Origin: Lingula anatina
Taxonomy: Eukaryota > Animalia > Brachiopoda
Direction: 5' to 3'
DNA length: 64,000 nt
Assembly (NCBI GenBank): GCA_051362555.1
Contig: CM120646.1
Coordinates: 1,054,001-1,118,000 of the forward strand
Shown in pieces: positions 25,315 through 36,099 of this stretch; within the stretch, counting starts at the first letter, position 1, and each line of letters starts with the position of its first letter. A model generated the notes under the pieces. It had not been told where the DNA came from, did not search any database, and was given only the letters and a program-made list of their open reading frames with translations. The position numbers and the translations under genes were made by a program.

Positions 25315-27885
25315 TTTCAAAAAAGCCTCTGAAAATTTATCATGGGACCCACATCCAACCTTGACGAATCTACGGAACCATCAGAATTGAATTAAAAAAG
25401 GCAGAATTTGGCTTTCCACAGAAAAAGCTCATTCTGATCCTTGGCAAGATTTCTCAAAATTTTAAAAGTATATATTTTTTATAAATCAAAAAGAAGGAAA
25501 GAAAGAAGACAAAGCATCACCTGTCTTTCCAGCCCCACTCTCTCCAGATATTATGATACATTGGTCCAGGTTTTTATCTCTCATAGACCTGTACGCGTCG
25601 TCTGCTATGGCGTAACTACGGAGATAAAGATAAACAGATATATACGTATATGTGAATGTACAGCATCAATAGAAATATACTTGTACTTCAAGATTATCAC
25701 TATTAAAACAGCTAATTGTTTTGTGTACCTGAATTATATTAGAAAATAATTATCAAAACTTGTCTCAGTAAAGCTACAGAAATGACAAGGCATGGAGCCA
25801 AAACAGAGTGCACTTTACCACAACTTTCATAATAAAAACATAAATGATAAGTACAATAAAGCAATCAATTGCCTTAAGTTAAATATATTAGCAAAGTACT
25901 AGTATATCCAAAGGTGTAGACTACATTTTGTGTTGTAGATTATTATTAAGTTTAACTTTATATATACAAGCTTCAGCATGTATACTTGTTGTATATAGTC
26001 AAACACAAGCCATTTGAAGAGAAACTCATTATCAAGCAAATAGTTTACAACAACAGCACCAAAATGAATCTAGCAATTATGAAACTGTTAGGTTGAAAAT
26101 ACTCTCTGCATCATAAAATTGTTTGAAGTAGTGACAGTTACATTGAAGTCTTCTTGTCAATTGGTATTCATATCTTAAATTGACCTAGTTGTGAACTCGA
26201 CTGTAGAAGTCTCTCTACTCACACATGTGGCGGGAGTTCGTATATGTTTCTACTCTTGTATTCAAATATGACATCATCTGTGTACAGCGGGAGTTTTCTG
26301 TACGGGTTCACTGACACGACTACTGTCCCGATGTAGGTCTGAAACAGTGCAAAGGCATATTTAGAAGATAAAGATGCTGAAAATTTAAAATGTTTAGTGT
26401 GCAAAAGTGTTGAAAACATTCACAGTGATAAAAGCAAACTGTCTTACATCGAGGATAAAATAAAGCATGATGGGATAGTCTGATGGTGACCATAGCCTTG
26501 ACCTTTAAATGTTAGAATGAAAATAGAAATAAATGACATCAAGTTAAACTATCAAAGATTTGCTTTCAGTTTAGTGTAGAAACTGACCAGTTTAAAATAT
26601 CATCACTATAAGTAACATTACTACACAGATCAATTCTCATCAAGGCACCAAGCAATATTTGCCTGTTAACAGACACATCACTGTATAAACTGGAGAAAGG
26701 CAATCAATCATTATTCTTCATATGTAGCTAAATTAAATCATCTTCAAGTTAGTTCTATATCCTCGCCTCAGCCTTACAAAATGTAGGCTTTTGTTGGGCT
26801 GAAAACGATACGTCATGCCCAGCTTTCACATTAAATGTCAAAAACATCATCGATTTCAACACTGCTGCCTTTTACTCTAGTTTTCAATAATGTAATGGAA
26901 ATAACACTGTGATCCCTTTCATAACACTGGGAAAAAAAAGAAGAAAAAAAATACCCCAAGATGTGAGTATCATGATAATAACAGCGAAGGCTTCAGGCAG
27001 ACTAGATTACTGAGGATGAGATCCAGCTGACTGGTTGCCATAGCAACACAAAGTAACACATGGTTACAATGATTCACCTGAGTCCTGTTAAAAGTCATGT
27101 ATGGTTTACCAGTATCATATATACCTAAGTATGTAATGACTGACAGTTGTTGCCTTGGCTTCTCTGCATCTTAGTTGAAGCAATTAAGTAGCAACCAATT
27201 TTTCTATTATTATAAGAATTTAATTTGGTGCAAATCCATTTTTCTCCATATTTTTCTCTACTCAAAACCCAAAAGCATTTATTTTCTGCTAAATATCTTA
27301 AAAATAAGTCTATACTTATATATTTTTCACAAAAATGGCATCACAATAGGAAATTTTAGAGATTTCAGCTTATTTCCATTAGATATCTAAACAGTGAAGA
27401 GGAGGGGGGGGGGCAATCTTTTCCGGAATGCAGGTACTGAAAAAGGTAAACAACAATTTTTTTACTGGGTGAGTTTTCGGGGACTTATTGTGCTGTTATT
27501 ATAATTTTTTCTTATAAAAAACTTTTTTAGTCAAACATCTCTATCCTCCATTTACATTTTACTAATATATTTTTTATACTAAAATATTTGGGATATTTAC
27601 TAAAAAATTAGAAAATTTTCATTCAAAGTGTCCCAAAATGAGTTTCAATATAATCCCCCCCCCCCCATTTTTTTTTTCAGCCAAGGTTATAACATAATGA
27701 ACCTTGAGTCCAAAATCCAGCAAAAATCCTTGATATTTTAATACTTAAATACTTACATAAATCTGCTCGTGGTGAAACCTCTTTTTCAAGTTTTCTATAA
27801 ATCCCTCTTCTTCTATTGGTTCTAGCAGCACAGCATCGCTGACACCTATATTATTTTCAAATAGTTCCAGCTTGTGCAACGCCAT
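3198..27885 (-). CDS. MYO1B: Unconventional class I myosin (MYO1A/MYO1B-like), motor domain; 18 coding exons, 3' part beyond window start
   Basis: GT-AG exons with consistent phase join to 594 codons: [23 protein letters not shown]...[12 protein letters not shown] (P-loop)...[22 protein letters not shown] (switch I)...YLLEKSR...[13 protein letters not shown]...LDIYGFE (switch II)...NYCNEKLQQ...[12 protein letters not shown]...NPNYIRCIK. Short N-terminus, LKRPPTAG and FDYKGDP are typical of MYO1A/B. In-frame TGA 15 nt upstream of the ATG. TEDS-rule position is Asp. Confidence 0.93.
4445..4612. repeat. Degenerate minisatellite of about 30 bp in a myosin intron
   Basis: GGGAATGTGTTAGAGAAGAC-like unit, about 5-6 copies. 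Confidence 0.7.
4627..4741 (-). CDS. MYO1B: Myosin I exon ([16 protein letters not shown]...LFPE)
   Basis: FxxKNxD motif; AG/gtaaga. Confidence 0.92.
5181..5375 (-). CDS. MYO1B: Myosin I exon ([17 protein letters not shown]...FRLRHYAGE)
   Basis: LDEEC and HYAG motifs; AG/gtgagg. Confidence 0.93.
5620..5682 (-). CDS. MYO1B: Myosin I exon ([21 protein letters not shown])
   Basis: AG/GT; conserved motif. Confidence 0.92.
6050..6154 (-). CDS. MYO1B: Myosin I exon ([18 protein letters not shown]...EEYIRE)
   Basis: Relay helix; AG/gtgagg. Confidence 0.93.
6562..6627 (-). CDS. MYO1B: Myosin I exon ([22 protein letters not shown])
   Basis: Switch II; AG/gtaagt. Confidence 0.93.
8566..8652 (-). 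CDS. MYO1B: Myosin I exon ([29 protein letters not shown])
   Basis: DALAK motif; AG/GT. Confidence 0.93.
9088..9206 (-). CDS. MYO1B: Myosin I exon (VEEICDLL...[17 protein letters not shown])
   Basis: AG/gtgagt; phase consistent. Confidence 0.9.
9439..9586 (-). CDS. MYO1B: Myosin I exon (RAMEVIGF...VLKLGNVEF...)
   Basis: AG/gtgagt; conserved LxLGN. Confidence 0.92.
10021..10127 (-). CDS. MYO1B: Myosin I exon ([14 protein letters not shown]...[10 protein letters not shown])
   Basis: AG/GT; phase consistent. Confidence 0.9.
10611..10695 (-). CDS. MYO1B: Myosin I exon ([20 protein letters not shown]...)
   Basis: tttag/gtaagc; ERxFHIFYQ motif. Confidence 0.92.
11014..16602 (-). mobile_element. 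Non-autonomous Helentron/HINE (DINE-1-like) element A with expanded 146-bp core array
   Basis: Perfect 14-bp subterminal inverted repeat (subTIR) ATTGTACCACCAGC (11048-11061) / GCTGGTGGTACAAT (16588-16601); partial IR at 16571-16581; hairpin GAGGCG-ATAC-CGCCTC (11027-11042); CTAG end; T-rich flanks on the minus strand; internal tandem repeats. Confidence 0.85.
11208..15970. repeat. 146-bp tandem repeat, about 26 monomers in four blocks (6,7,6,7) separated by a spacer of about 350 bp
   Basis: Monomer starts at 11350, 11496 ... 11934; blocks restart at 12410, 13762 and 14968 (periods 1352 and 1206, differing by one monomer). Confidence 0.95.
17429..17662. repeat. About 40-bp minisatellite (GTCAAGGTCACTGTGAAAAATGACCTAGATAGAGCTTCTCT-like)
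   Basis: 5-6 imperfect copies. Confidence 0.7.
18186..18285. repeat. Repeated CATGAAAATCTGACTCCC motif; probable terminal fragment of a DNA transposon/MITE
   Basis: About 4 direct copies plus an inverted one; no partner TIR found. Confidence 0.45.
18466..20862 (-). mobile_element. Helentron/HINE element B of the same family; about 8 diverged 146-bp monomers, (GGAGCCGGC)n tract and duplicated terminus
   Basis: Same CTAGAGGATCAGAGAGGCGATACCGCCTC end, subTIRs, IR and core monomer (about 18847-19975) as element A. Confidence 0.85.
22479..22492 (-). CDS. MYO1B: Myosin I 14-nt microexon (YLLEK)
   Basis: ccatccag|ATTTACTTGAAAAG|gtaaga exactly fills the missing YLLEK and restores phase (1 to 0). 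Confidence 0.88.
24224..24287 (-). CDS. MYO1B: Myosin I exon ([21 protein letters not shown])
   Basis: AG/gtaagt; class I motif. Confidence 0.92.
24627..24673 (-). CDS. MYO1B: Myosin I exon ([16 protein letters not shown])
   Basis: Switch I motif; ttcag/gtaagt. Confidence 0.93.
25115..25219 (-). CDS. MYO1B: Myosin I exon (EASKVIMQY...QSNPVLE)
   Basis: AG/GT; conserved NPVLE. Confidence 0.93.
25232..25312. repeat. (AT)n microsatellite, about 40 units
   Basis: Perfect dinucleotide run. Confidence 0.95.
25521..25615 (-). CDS. MYO1B: Myosin I exon (YAIADDAY...GESGAGKT)
   Basis: P-loop; AG/GT; phase consistent. Confidence 0.93.
26223..26338 (-). CDS. MYO1B: Myosin I exon ([13 protein letters not shown]...YELPPH)
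   Basis: tttcag/gtgagt; conserved NPY and PPH motifs. Confidence 0.93.
27757..27885 (-). CDS. MYO1B: Myosin I coding exon 1 (MALHK...HEQIY)
   Basis: ATG at 27885-27883; gtaagt donor; exon including UTR starts at the acceptor at 27958. Confidence 0.9.
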
Positions 27886-28169
27886 CTTGTTTTCTTCTCA
27901 TGGAATGTACACCAATCACAACTGCTCTTGTTGAAATCCCGTCACCTCATGTTTGATCCTGTAATTGCATGGATTTCATGTAATAAAATAATAATACGTT
28001 TATATCTAAATCTTATAGCAGGTGTATATGATCTAAGAGAGAAAGATTCAATGTTGTACTTATATATATATCTGAGTAGATTACCACTTACAATACAGTA
28101 AAAGATGTCACATGCAAATTGATCTAACCTACAACAGCTCACACCGACTTGAAATCTGTGGTTTAGAGT

Positions 28170-28254
28170 TACCCTCTACCAGGGCGAATGATAGATTTTT
28201 ACGGATATTCACAGATATGTCTCTAGCTAGATAGATTGTCATTTTCAGCTGAGT
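28170..28254. mobile_element. One-ended copy of the TACCCTCT MITE
   Basis: One TIR plus internal GATATTCACAGATATGT; flanked by 11-bp direct repeat TGGTTTAGAGT. Confidence 0.6.
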
Positions 28255-31200
28255 TGGTTTAGAGTAACCAACATGGCAGTACCCTAAGATCTATTGTCAA
28301 ATGTTTCATCAATATAGTACAATATATATTACACGTGTAAACAATAGGTGTCTGTAAAAAGTGTACACTCGTATCATTGGCAACTCTGATGATTTTTCAT
28401 CTTGAACAGAATCTTCTTCACAACTTCCTGTCAAAAAGCGTCACCTAGGTAACTTGAATGGATGCTGTTATGTCATGATTATTAGTTTTTAAGAAGGATA
28501 TGATTTGCGTGATGTCTGTCCAGGCAGAAAAATAACAAATGTACAGACATATTAATGAGAACCAAATAATAAGAGAAAATCACATTTCCTGCATGACACT
28601 GGAAAACAATATCTGCAAGTCCAAGAAAAATTGAGCATGGGGAAAACAATGGATATCCCTCCTCCAAAATCACATCAAACATTCATAATATTATAAATCA
28701 TATAAAAAATTATCACAAAATTAGCAGAAAATAACTTCAGAAAAACAACAAAAGACTTTGTAATAAATTATCACTTTTTCTCAAGGTCTTCTGTTGATTA
28801 TACAAATCAAGTTAACCAAATAGATAAAAATCAGCCAAATGAAAGTGAAACAAATTGACAACATGCCACTCAAACAGCACGCGTTCCCTTATTCATGCAT
28901 CATAGTCCTATTATTCACATCTTTGTAAAATACCATCTTTCTACATGCACTCAAGGTTACCAAGTGGGAATCCAACCTTTTATTGTATCGTAATGAAAGG
29001 TTCATTTCCCCTGAGTGTCAAGCTCAAAGACAAAGCACAAGAGTACAAAATTGATATCTTCAGCACATAACAGCACATAAAATACATTAATATGGCTTTG
29101 ATGTATTCTTCATAGGAGTACATGCAAGTTGCTTTCACTAAAAGATATTTTAAAATGCAATTTGTAATAGCTATTAGGAAATGAAGGTTCCCCTTTCAAT
29201 TAGACTAAGGGCTCATTCCCAATGTAACTATTGTTCTATGTAAATCAATCTACAGGATTATCAATGAATGGCGGTGAGTAGAATACAGAAGAGCTGGTGA
29301 TTATTGAAGTACATTGGAAACACGAGAAGGTGCATTAATCTGCTTATCTGATTGCATCCAGAGACTCCCTGCAGAGTTGGATCGAACTACACTGTACGCC
29401 AATTGCACTGTGAATGCACCCTTTGACACTGGTGTCCCAGTTGTAGATCACCTTGCATGCATTACCGGCTAATGAATTTTTAATCACAGACTCATTAACA
29501 ACATGCCTGTGCTAATTTCGTTATTAACAGTTATTTTACCAGTTTTCAATAGTAAATTAAAATCACTCAATATCATTAAACAGGAAATTGTTTCAGAAAG
29601 TACATTTTTGTGAAGGTCTACCAAGAATTGATCTTAAATAAGTTTTTTTAAGGTGAGGCTTTAAAACAATAAAAATTAAAATGGTCAAAGATCGAGCTGA
29701 AAATGGAGGCAAACTTTCATCTTCTTATTCCCCCCCCCCCCCATCCCTTCACCTCTGAAAGAATCCCACAATCAGTATTTTTTTAATATTTCACAAAATT
29801 TTTTTCAGACCTGTGAAAATCATCAAAATCTTACTGACATTTCCCACAAAAAAATCTTCTTTCAAATTCTTTACAGGCATTCTGCATGAAAATCTACACC
29901 AAGTGTCACTTGGCCTTTCTATCACCCCTGTGCGTGGGTTTGGGTAATGGCTACTAGTACTTCGGCAAGACAACCCTTAAGTTCATGCTAAACAACATGG
30001 AATTTTGTAAGCATATCTTTTTGTCATTTACAGGTAAACAAGATAATAAAATATTGAGAGGAAGCAGGTGGCTAAAACGTAGAACAATCATAACAGTCAC
30101 TAAAAACCCCATATCTTAGATAAATGCAGCACGCAATTTAAGGGACCATTCCAAGCCCCTTTCGTACTAACTTTGGATCGATCTATCTCTAAGGGGATTC
30201 TCGCTAAATTGCTATCCACTTAAGCTGCTTAGATGTCTGCCACGCCTACTGAAGCTGCTTGGGGGTAATTAATTATCATTTAGCAGCTTCAGTGGGTGTG
30301 CTAGACATATAAGCTGCTTGGGAGTCCTGCTGAATGCAATCATTTTAACAGACTAACATGTCTCTTCTTGTTATCAACAAGCTCATATAACCACCAGCTT
30401 TTCTATATTCTAATTAATGCCAAGAGAAGGCGTGCTTATTCACTTCCTTTGCAGAAAAAAATGTTCAAAGTAATTCATAACTCAAAAAAGATGTGTCTTG
30501 GGATATTGGGAGATTTCCACTTTTTGCTGAGCTCATATACATATAAAAACATGGAAATATTTCAGACAATGACAAGCTTTCATACTATCCCTTTTTTTGT
30601 ATGCCCCTTTAAAAACTGTCCGAACTGATGTACCTTTACCAAATTAATGTAATTGCTCCTACCTATCCCGACATCTAATTGAGCCAGTAACTAATGCTGC
30701 AACATGATGATAATATGCATCCAATTTAATGGACGTTTTTTATGTCTTGGCTCACAAAACACAACACTTCTAGCCTGCAGCCATTTCTATGTACATCACA
30801 CGAGATGGAATTTTGTCTTTGTCACCCGTCCACAGGATGGAAATGAGAATCAAATATTCTGCAGCATCATGAATAAATGGAGTGAATGGAACTAAAATCT
30901 TCAGGCATTTTAATATAATTATTCATGACAATTATGAAGAAAAATTTATTGCATCCAAATGCCAGTACACTGAATCAGAAATGGTATGTTCAGTTAGAAA
31001 ATGAATATAGCCCAAGTATACCTACGATATTTTGGTTTGCTCTTAGACAGTTTTCTTTACTGTACTTTTTTAATTTTCATATATATATATATAATTATTA
31101 TTATTATAGATACATTGTTGTTACATGAAGGTTTTATTATTCATATAATGAATGAGGTGTAACAACAACAAAACTAAAGGTTCTTAATGTCTTTTTCACA

Positions 31201-32121
31201 GCTTTTCACAGCAGAGTATAAAATCAGTATAATATTATCTGATTATGTCAAATATGCCACTCCTGAAAGCAATTCTGAATGCTACTGGGTCATACCTGAG
31301 ATCATTACAAAGCCTACACAATACCTATTTATTTCTTGGCAATAGCCATCAATGCAGAAACCAGGTTGACAGTGCTTATAATTGCTATTACAAAGCATTA
31401 GCACTTAAGGATGTTATGTGACCGTGGCGATATGCACTTTATTTGGTTTTAGGTGTGTTTTTCAGTACAAGAGAGTACTTTCTCCCGGTATGTATGTCAA
31501 ATAATACACTGCCAACCTCTCTCATTAAAATCTTGAATACCTCTTGCTGATGCTGAAGCCAGCTGAAGGTGTCCTGGCATATATATATTTTGATTGTGTG
31601 ACAGCGTATTATCTTGCACATAATAGACATTTTACGCAGGGGTCACCAAATATTCAACCAATGATTTTGTGTGATACTTCAATATTCAGCAAAAATGATT
31701 CCACAAGGAGCCTGGAGTTGAAAACATTATCAGAATAAACAGATCCTAAGGCCAGAGAGCATTTAAGACAGCTTAAATATTTCAGGTATATCAGCTTATA
31801 AACCTCTACCCTTATACCTGGCAGACAGCATAGGATTTTTGCATTAACTAAAAAAAAAAAACATTTGCTGAAGATATTGAAATCAAAATTTCATTCTGCT
31901 GTACAATAGCATTTTAACTGATATGTCTCACTATAGGTCTACATACATGTATATGCACTGCGGCATATGTGTTACGGGTAGTGAATATTAGAATGTCACA
32001 AACATAATATGTAACATGTGCTGCATAATCCAATATTGTTATATAACAGTGCTGCACTTCCCTAAGTTTTGAAATGTCAAGAAGATATAGTAGAGAGAGA
32101 CTCAAAAGAATGCCTCTCAAA

Positions 32122-32388
32122 GGCAACATTCAGATAGACACACCTTACTAGTTGGGGTGGTCCAACTCTGCCGGGGCTTTTGCTAGCTAGGTGTAATCAG
32201 CTTAACAGAATGACACGCCTCCTTGAGCAGCTTGTTATTAACTTTCGTGTGTGCTAGGGTTAATTACCCTAAGCTGCTTGAGGAGGTGTGTCAGACCATT
32301 AAGCTGATCCCACTGATTGCACTTAGCAAGATTCCCCAGCAGAGCTGAGCTGAGCCAACTAGACAGATGTGTCTATCTAAAATGGTCA
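32122..32388. mobile_element. Foldback (palindromic) MITE-like element related to family 2
   Basis: Nested inverted arms (AGATAGACACA/TGTGTCTATCT; GACACGCCTCCTTGAGCAGC/GCTGCTTGAGGAGGTGTGTC); related fragment at about 30142-30325. Confidence 0.55.
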
Positions 32389-33355
32389 AATATGTAAAAA
32401 GCCTAGAAAAACCTGTCCATTCTCCATGGGTCTTCCGGCAACTTCTCTCATATTGAAGAGTTAAATATTATCATTCAATACTGATTAACTAACTAAGTGT
32501 AACATAATAACCAATATTATCACTGCAATGATCAGGAAAAATTCCAGTTCCAGGGTCCCTTAATTAATCTCAAAGCAGACAGTTAATCTCAAACCAGACA
32601 TTAAATGTCAAACACGTTATTTAAGCCTGTAACCAGCACAAATTACTGTTGTTTCGTGCATATGCTTCGCTAGCGAGAAAACTCTACGATCAAGAAGACA
32701 ACAAACTCCCCACATGGGATTATTTTCAATTCATTTACTTCAGCTTCCACCAAACCAAAGATAATTTGTTGGAAATCAAATTATTATAGTTTCCTGCAGA
32801 CCATATCATAATATTCTTGTTCTGCCTCAAGCAAAACATTTCTATGGAGTTAGTATCATCTCTTAAGGATGGGATACACAGTCACAAAATATATCTAAAC
32901 TGCAGAGAATATGGGAGCCTTTAGTTGTGTGAAACATCTTCTTCCAACAGTAATATCTAAACAATTACATTTTCTTACTGTCTTTTAAATGCCACTGCAA
33001 TGTAATTTAATAACTTTAATCTTTTATGTGAGAAGAAATTGTAAACTAATTCATTCAGTGGTCCCTCAGGTCTCAAGTAAAGGATATGGAATCCCCAAAG
33101 ATGGAAGATGGCGAGCATGAGCCAGGCATGTACTAGTAGCTGTCATGTCTGCCTCTGCCAAGAGAGCTACCATTGTGTCTGAGATAAAAAAAACAGCCTA
33201 ATTCGCGATAAATTTGTATAACAGTTCACCTGAATACAACTTAAGTATTGGTCTAAAACAATAGCCATTTCTTTCTTGACATGTTGTAAAACAGACGCAA
33301 TGTCATTGGGTAACCACAACTAATCTATCTTGGGACTTAAATCAAAGTAGACTAA

Positions 33356-33531
33356 GGCCGCATTCAGATCAGTCGCTGGGTCAAATATGGCCACCAACTA
33401 AAAAGCTTGCCGTCTAATCCTAATATAGTCCGAGAATATAGACACTGAATATATTACCCACAGGGAACTATTCAACTGGGTTGGCCATATTTGATCTGTG
33501 GACTTGTTTGTCCACTGTTCTGAACGCAGCC
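33356..33531. mobile_element. PIF/Harbinger-type (Tourist-like) MITE, family 1
   Basis: TIR GGCCGCATTCAGA / TCTGAACGCAGCC; TAA TSD; related copies at 33628-33810 (truncated), 56900-57099 and 58744-58928. Confidence 0.75.
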
Positions 33532-33627
33532 TAAAACAATGGTCTAAAGATTTAGACCATCTAGTCTTTGAATCTGGAGTTTCTGATGAAACCATCCCCT
33601 GGTTGTGTCAATTTTCAGGCAGAGTAA

Positions 33628-33810
33628 GGGCACATTCACAGCCAAAGCTGATCCGCAGAATATCATATCCATGGATTAAATATGGCCGACCCACTTGAAA
33701 GCTTGCCACATAATCCCTGCAGGGAATCTATTCAGTGTCTATTAGGGGATTATGCAGCAGGCTTTCAAGTGGGTCAGCCATATTAGATCTGTTAGTTCAT
33801 GGATGAACTG
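33628..33810. mobile_element. Truncated family 1 MITE
   Basis: GGGCACATTCACA start; internal similarity to 58744-58928. Confidence 0.6.
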
Positions 33811-36062
33811 GATGAGAAATTTACCTTTGAAGAACTGACATGGATTCCTTCATATTATGATGTGTGTCATATACAGTTATTATGACTGTCTGGATATATT
33901 CCTGGACCCTAAGTCTGAATAATAACAGCATGCAAAATGGCATGTAAACTAAATATTAATCTAACTAATAGAATTCAGCAGAAAACAGCTGGGTCTCTCT
34001 CTCTCTTTCTTTATTTTTTTATTTATTTATTTATTTTTTTTTTTTTGAAAAAAAATAAAGATTATATTCAGACCTTGTGCTGAAAGAATATTTTATACAA
34101 AACAAAACTGGAGAGATTTTTGTTTTGTTTTGTTCAGAAGGTTTATAATTATTGAAAGTAAAACAATGACAGTTCATATCTCTTGAGATTACACTCAACA
34201 TGTTCACATGACCTCACATGTTAATGTCAAAGGAGTCTAGTTCTTTACACAATCAATAAAAAGCACTTTTGTCTCATCCAATTAACACAGTCACACAAAT
34301 CAGTCATGCATTGCTGGCAATTTGCTCTAAATTAACCTACTTTTCATGAAATTTTACAGTAGAAATCATTTCATTTATTTCTTATGCTGTTCAGTACTCA
34401 GTAATTATTATCATGCACTAGTAGATATGGAGAGCAAACAAACCCAAAGTTTGTCTATGGTAAAACATTCCTGAGAAAAGAGGTTAATGTTACTGAATGG
34501 AATGTATCTTTTACTTACCTACAAATATACTTAAACAGGTCAAATTGATCTCTGGGTCTGAACACTGAAAAAACAAAGCAAAATTCTTGTTAATATTTTT
34601 ATTTAAAAAATAATATTAATTTTTGGTACACTTGGTACTTGTCTAATTCATTTGTGAGTTACTACTAGTTCTTTCTGAAATGAAAACCAAGAAGAAAGGG
34701 GGCAGCACATTTTGTGAAATATAGTTAAGTTTGAGACAAGATACCACTATCCCACCAAAAATTACAGAAGGGTCAGTTTCACCAAAAAAAGGAAATAAAA
34801 ATAAATAAATAAAAATATAAATAAATAATATGCTGAAAATATCTTAACTTTTAGACTTTAGTTTTATTTTCGGACTAAAGTCCAATTTTTGCACCAGAGA
34901 CCTCTTCAAATCTACCCCAGGGGCATTCACTGCCTTATGTATGAAGACATACGCACATGATTCATGTAACATTATATATGATGCTTGTGCATTATCAAAA
35001 TTACCATCCTGTCATTCGCGATTCAAGTTAATGACATTAACAGCGACTGATTCAAACAAAATGGTCCACTAAGCTAGGAAACACTGGGCACATGGCCCCA
35101 TTTTCACGGCAAATGCTCAATGTCTACCGCATAATCGCTCATTTCACGCGACAGGGTGCGCTGTAAAATGCCTGACCAATTAATCAAGAGTAATGTACAC
35201 AAATGGATCACTCTAATTTGGTTAAAACCATCTGTCATAAAAATGATCAATGGCCACCATTTTCAAGGTTACAAATCAGGATGGTAAAGTTCTTTTCATA
35301 ATGCATATTTTGACTAAAAAAAGATCATTTCACTTTTCAGATCAGTTCTGAAACAATAACATCCTGTTCATTAAATAAAAATGAGGCCCAGTGTAAAATC
35401 TTCGGATATCATATAATGTACAGTGTATGGAAGAGATGCTTCTGAAAATGCTTTCTTTTTAAAAAGATGTCAGATCTGAAACAAACGTTTTCCTTGAAAA
35501 AAAAGTCTTAAAAATAATATGCACAAAAAAAAAAATGAAATTAGACTCTACAAGAACTGCACATTTTTTTCTATTATTTTTTTTTATCATATATTTTATT
35601 ACATCTACTGGACCAGATATGGGCTTTATTAAAAAAACCAACATTCATTCAAATATTTCTTCCCCAACGTTCACTGTGCTGGAGGAAGGAAATGTGTGCA
35701 AAAAGAAGTGATGGAACGGTTCAGATATTGAAAAATATAACTTTTTTTTTCAAGTGTTTTACTTCTATTGTGAAAAGAAAGTACCGGTTCCATTTAAAAT
35801 GACACCCACAAGAATTCAGTTTTTGTATTACACAAAGATTACATGTATCTACTGTACTGTTTTGTATTCAGCAGGTGTAAGTGGCTCCAGAAAAAAAAAT
35901 ATACAAAGCATTTTCTTTCAAAAATGACAATTGAAAACGATGCTGATGTATAAAAAGTGAGTTAAAGAAAAGGTGCAGTCAAAAGCAAGTGGATAATATT
36001 GGTATGTTTTTTACAATAGGTTTTCACTTATATCTGTATTTTTCTGTACACAGCCCTGTCAC

Positions 36063-36099
<37 letters not shown>

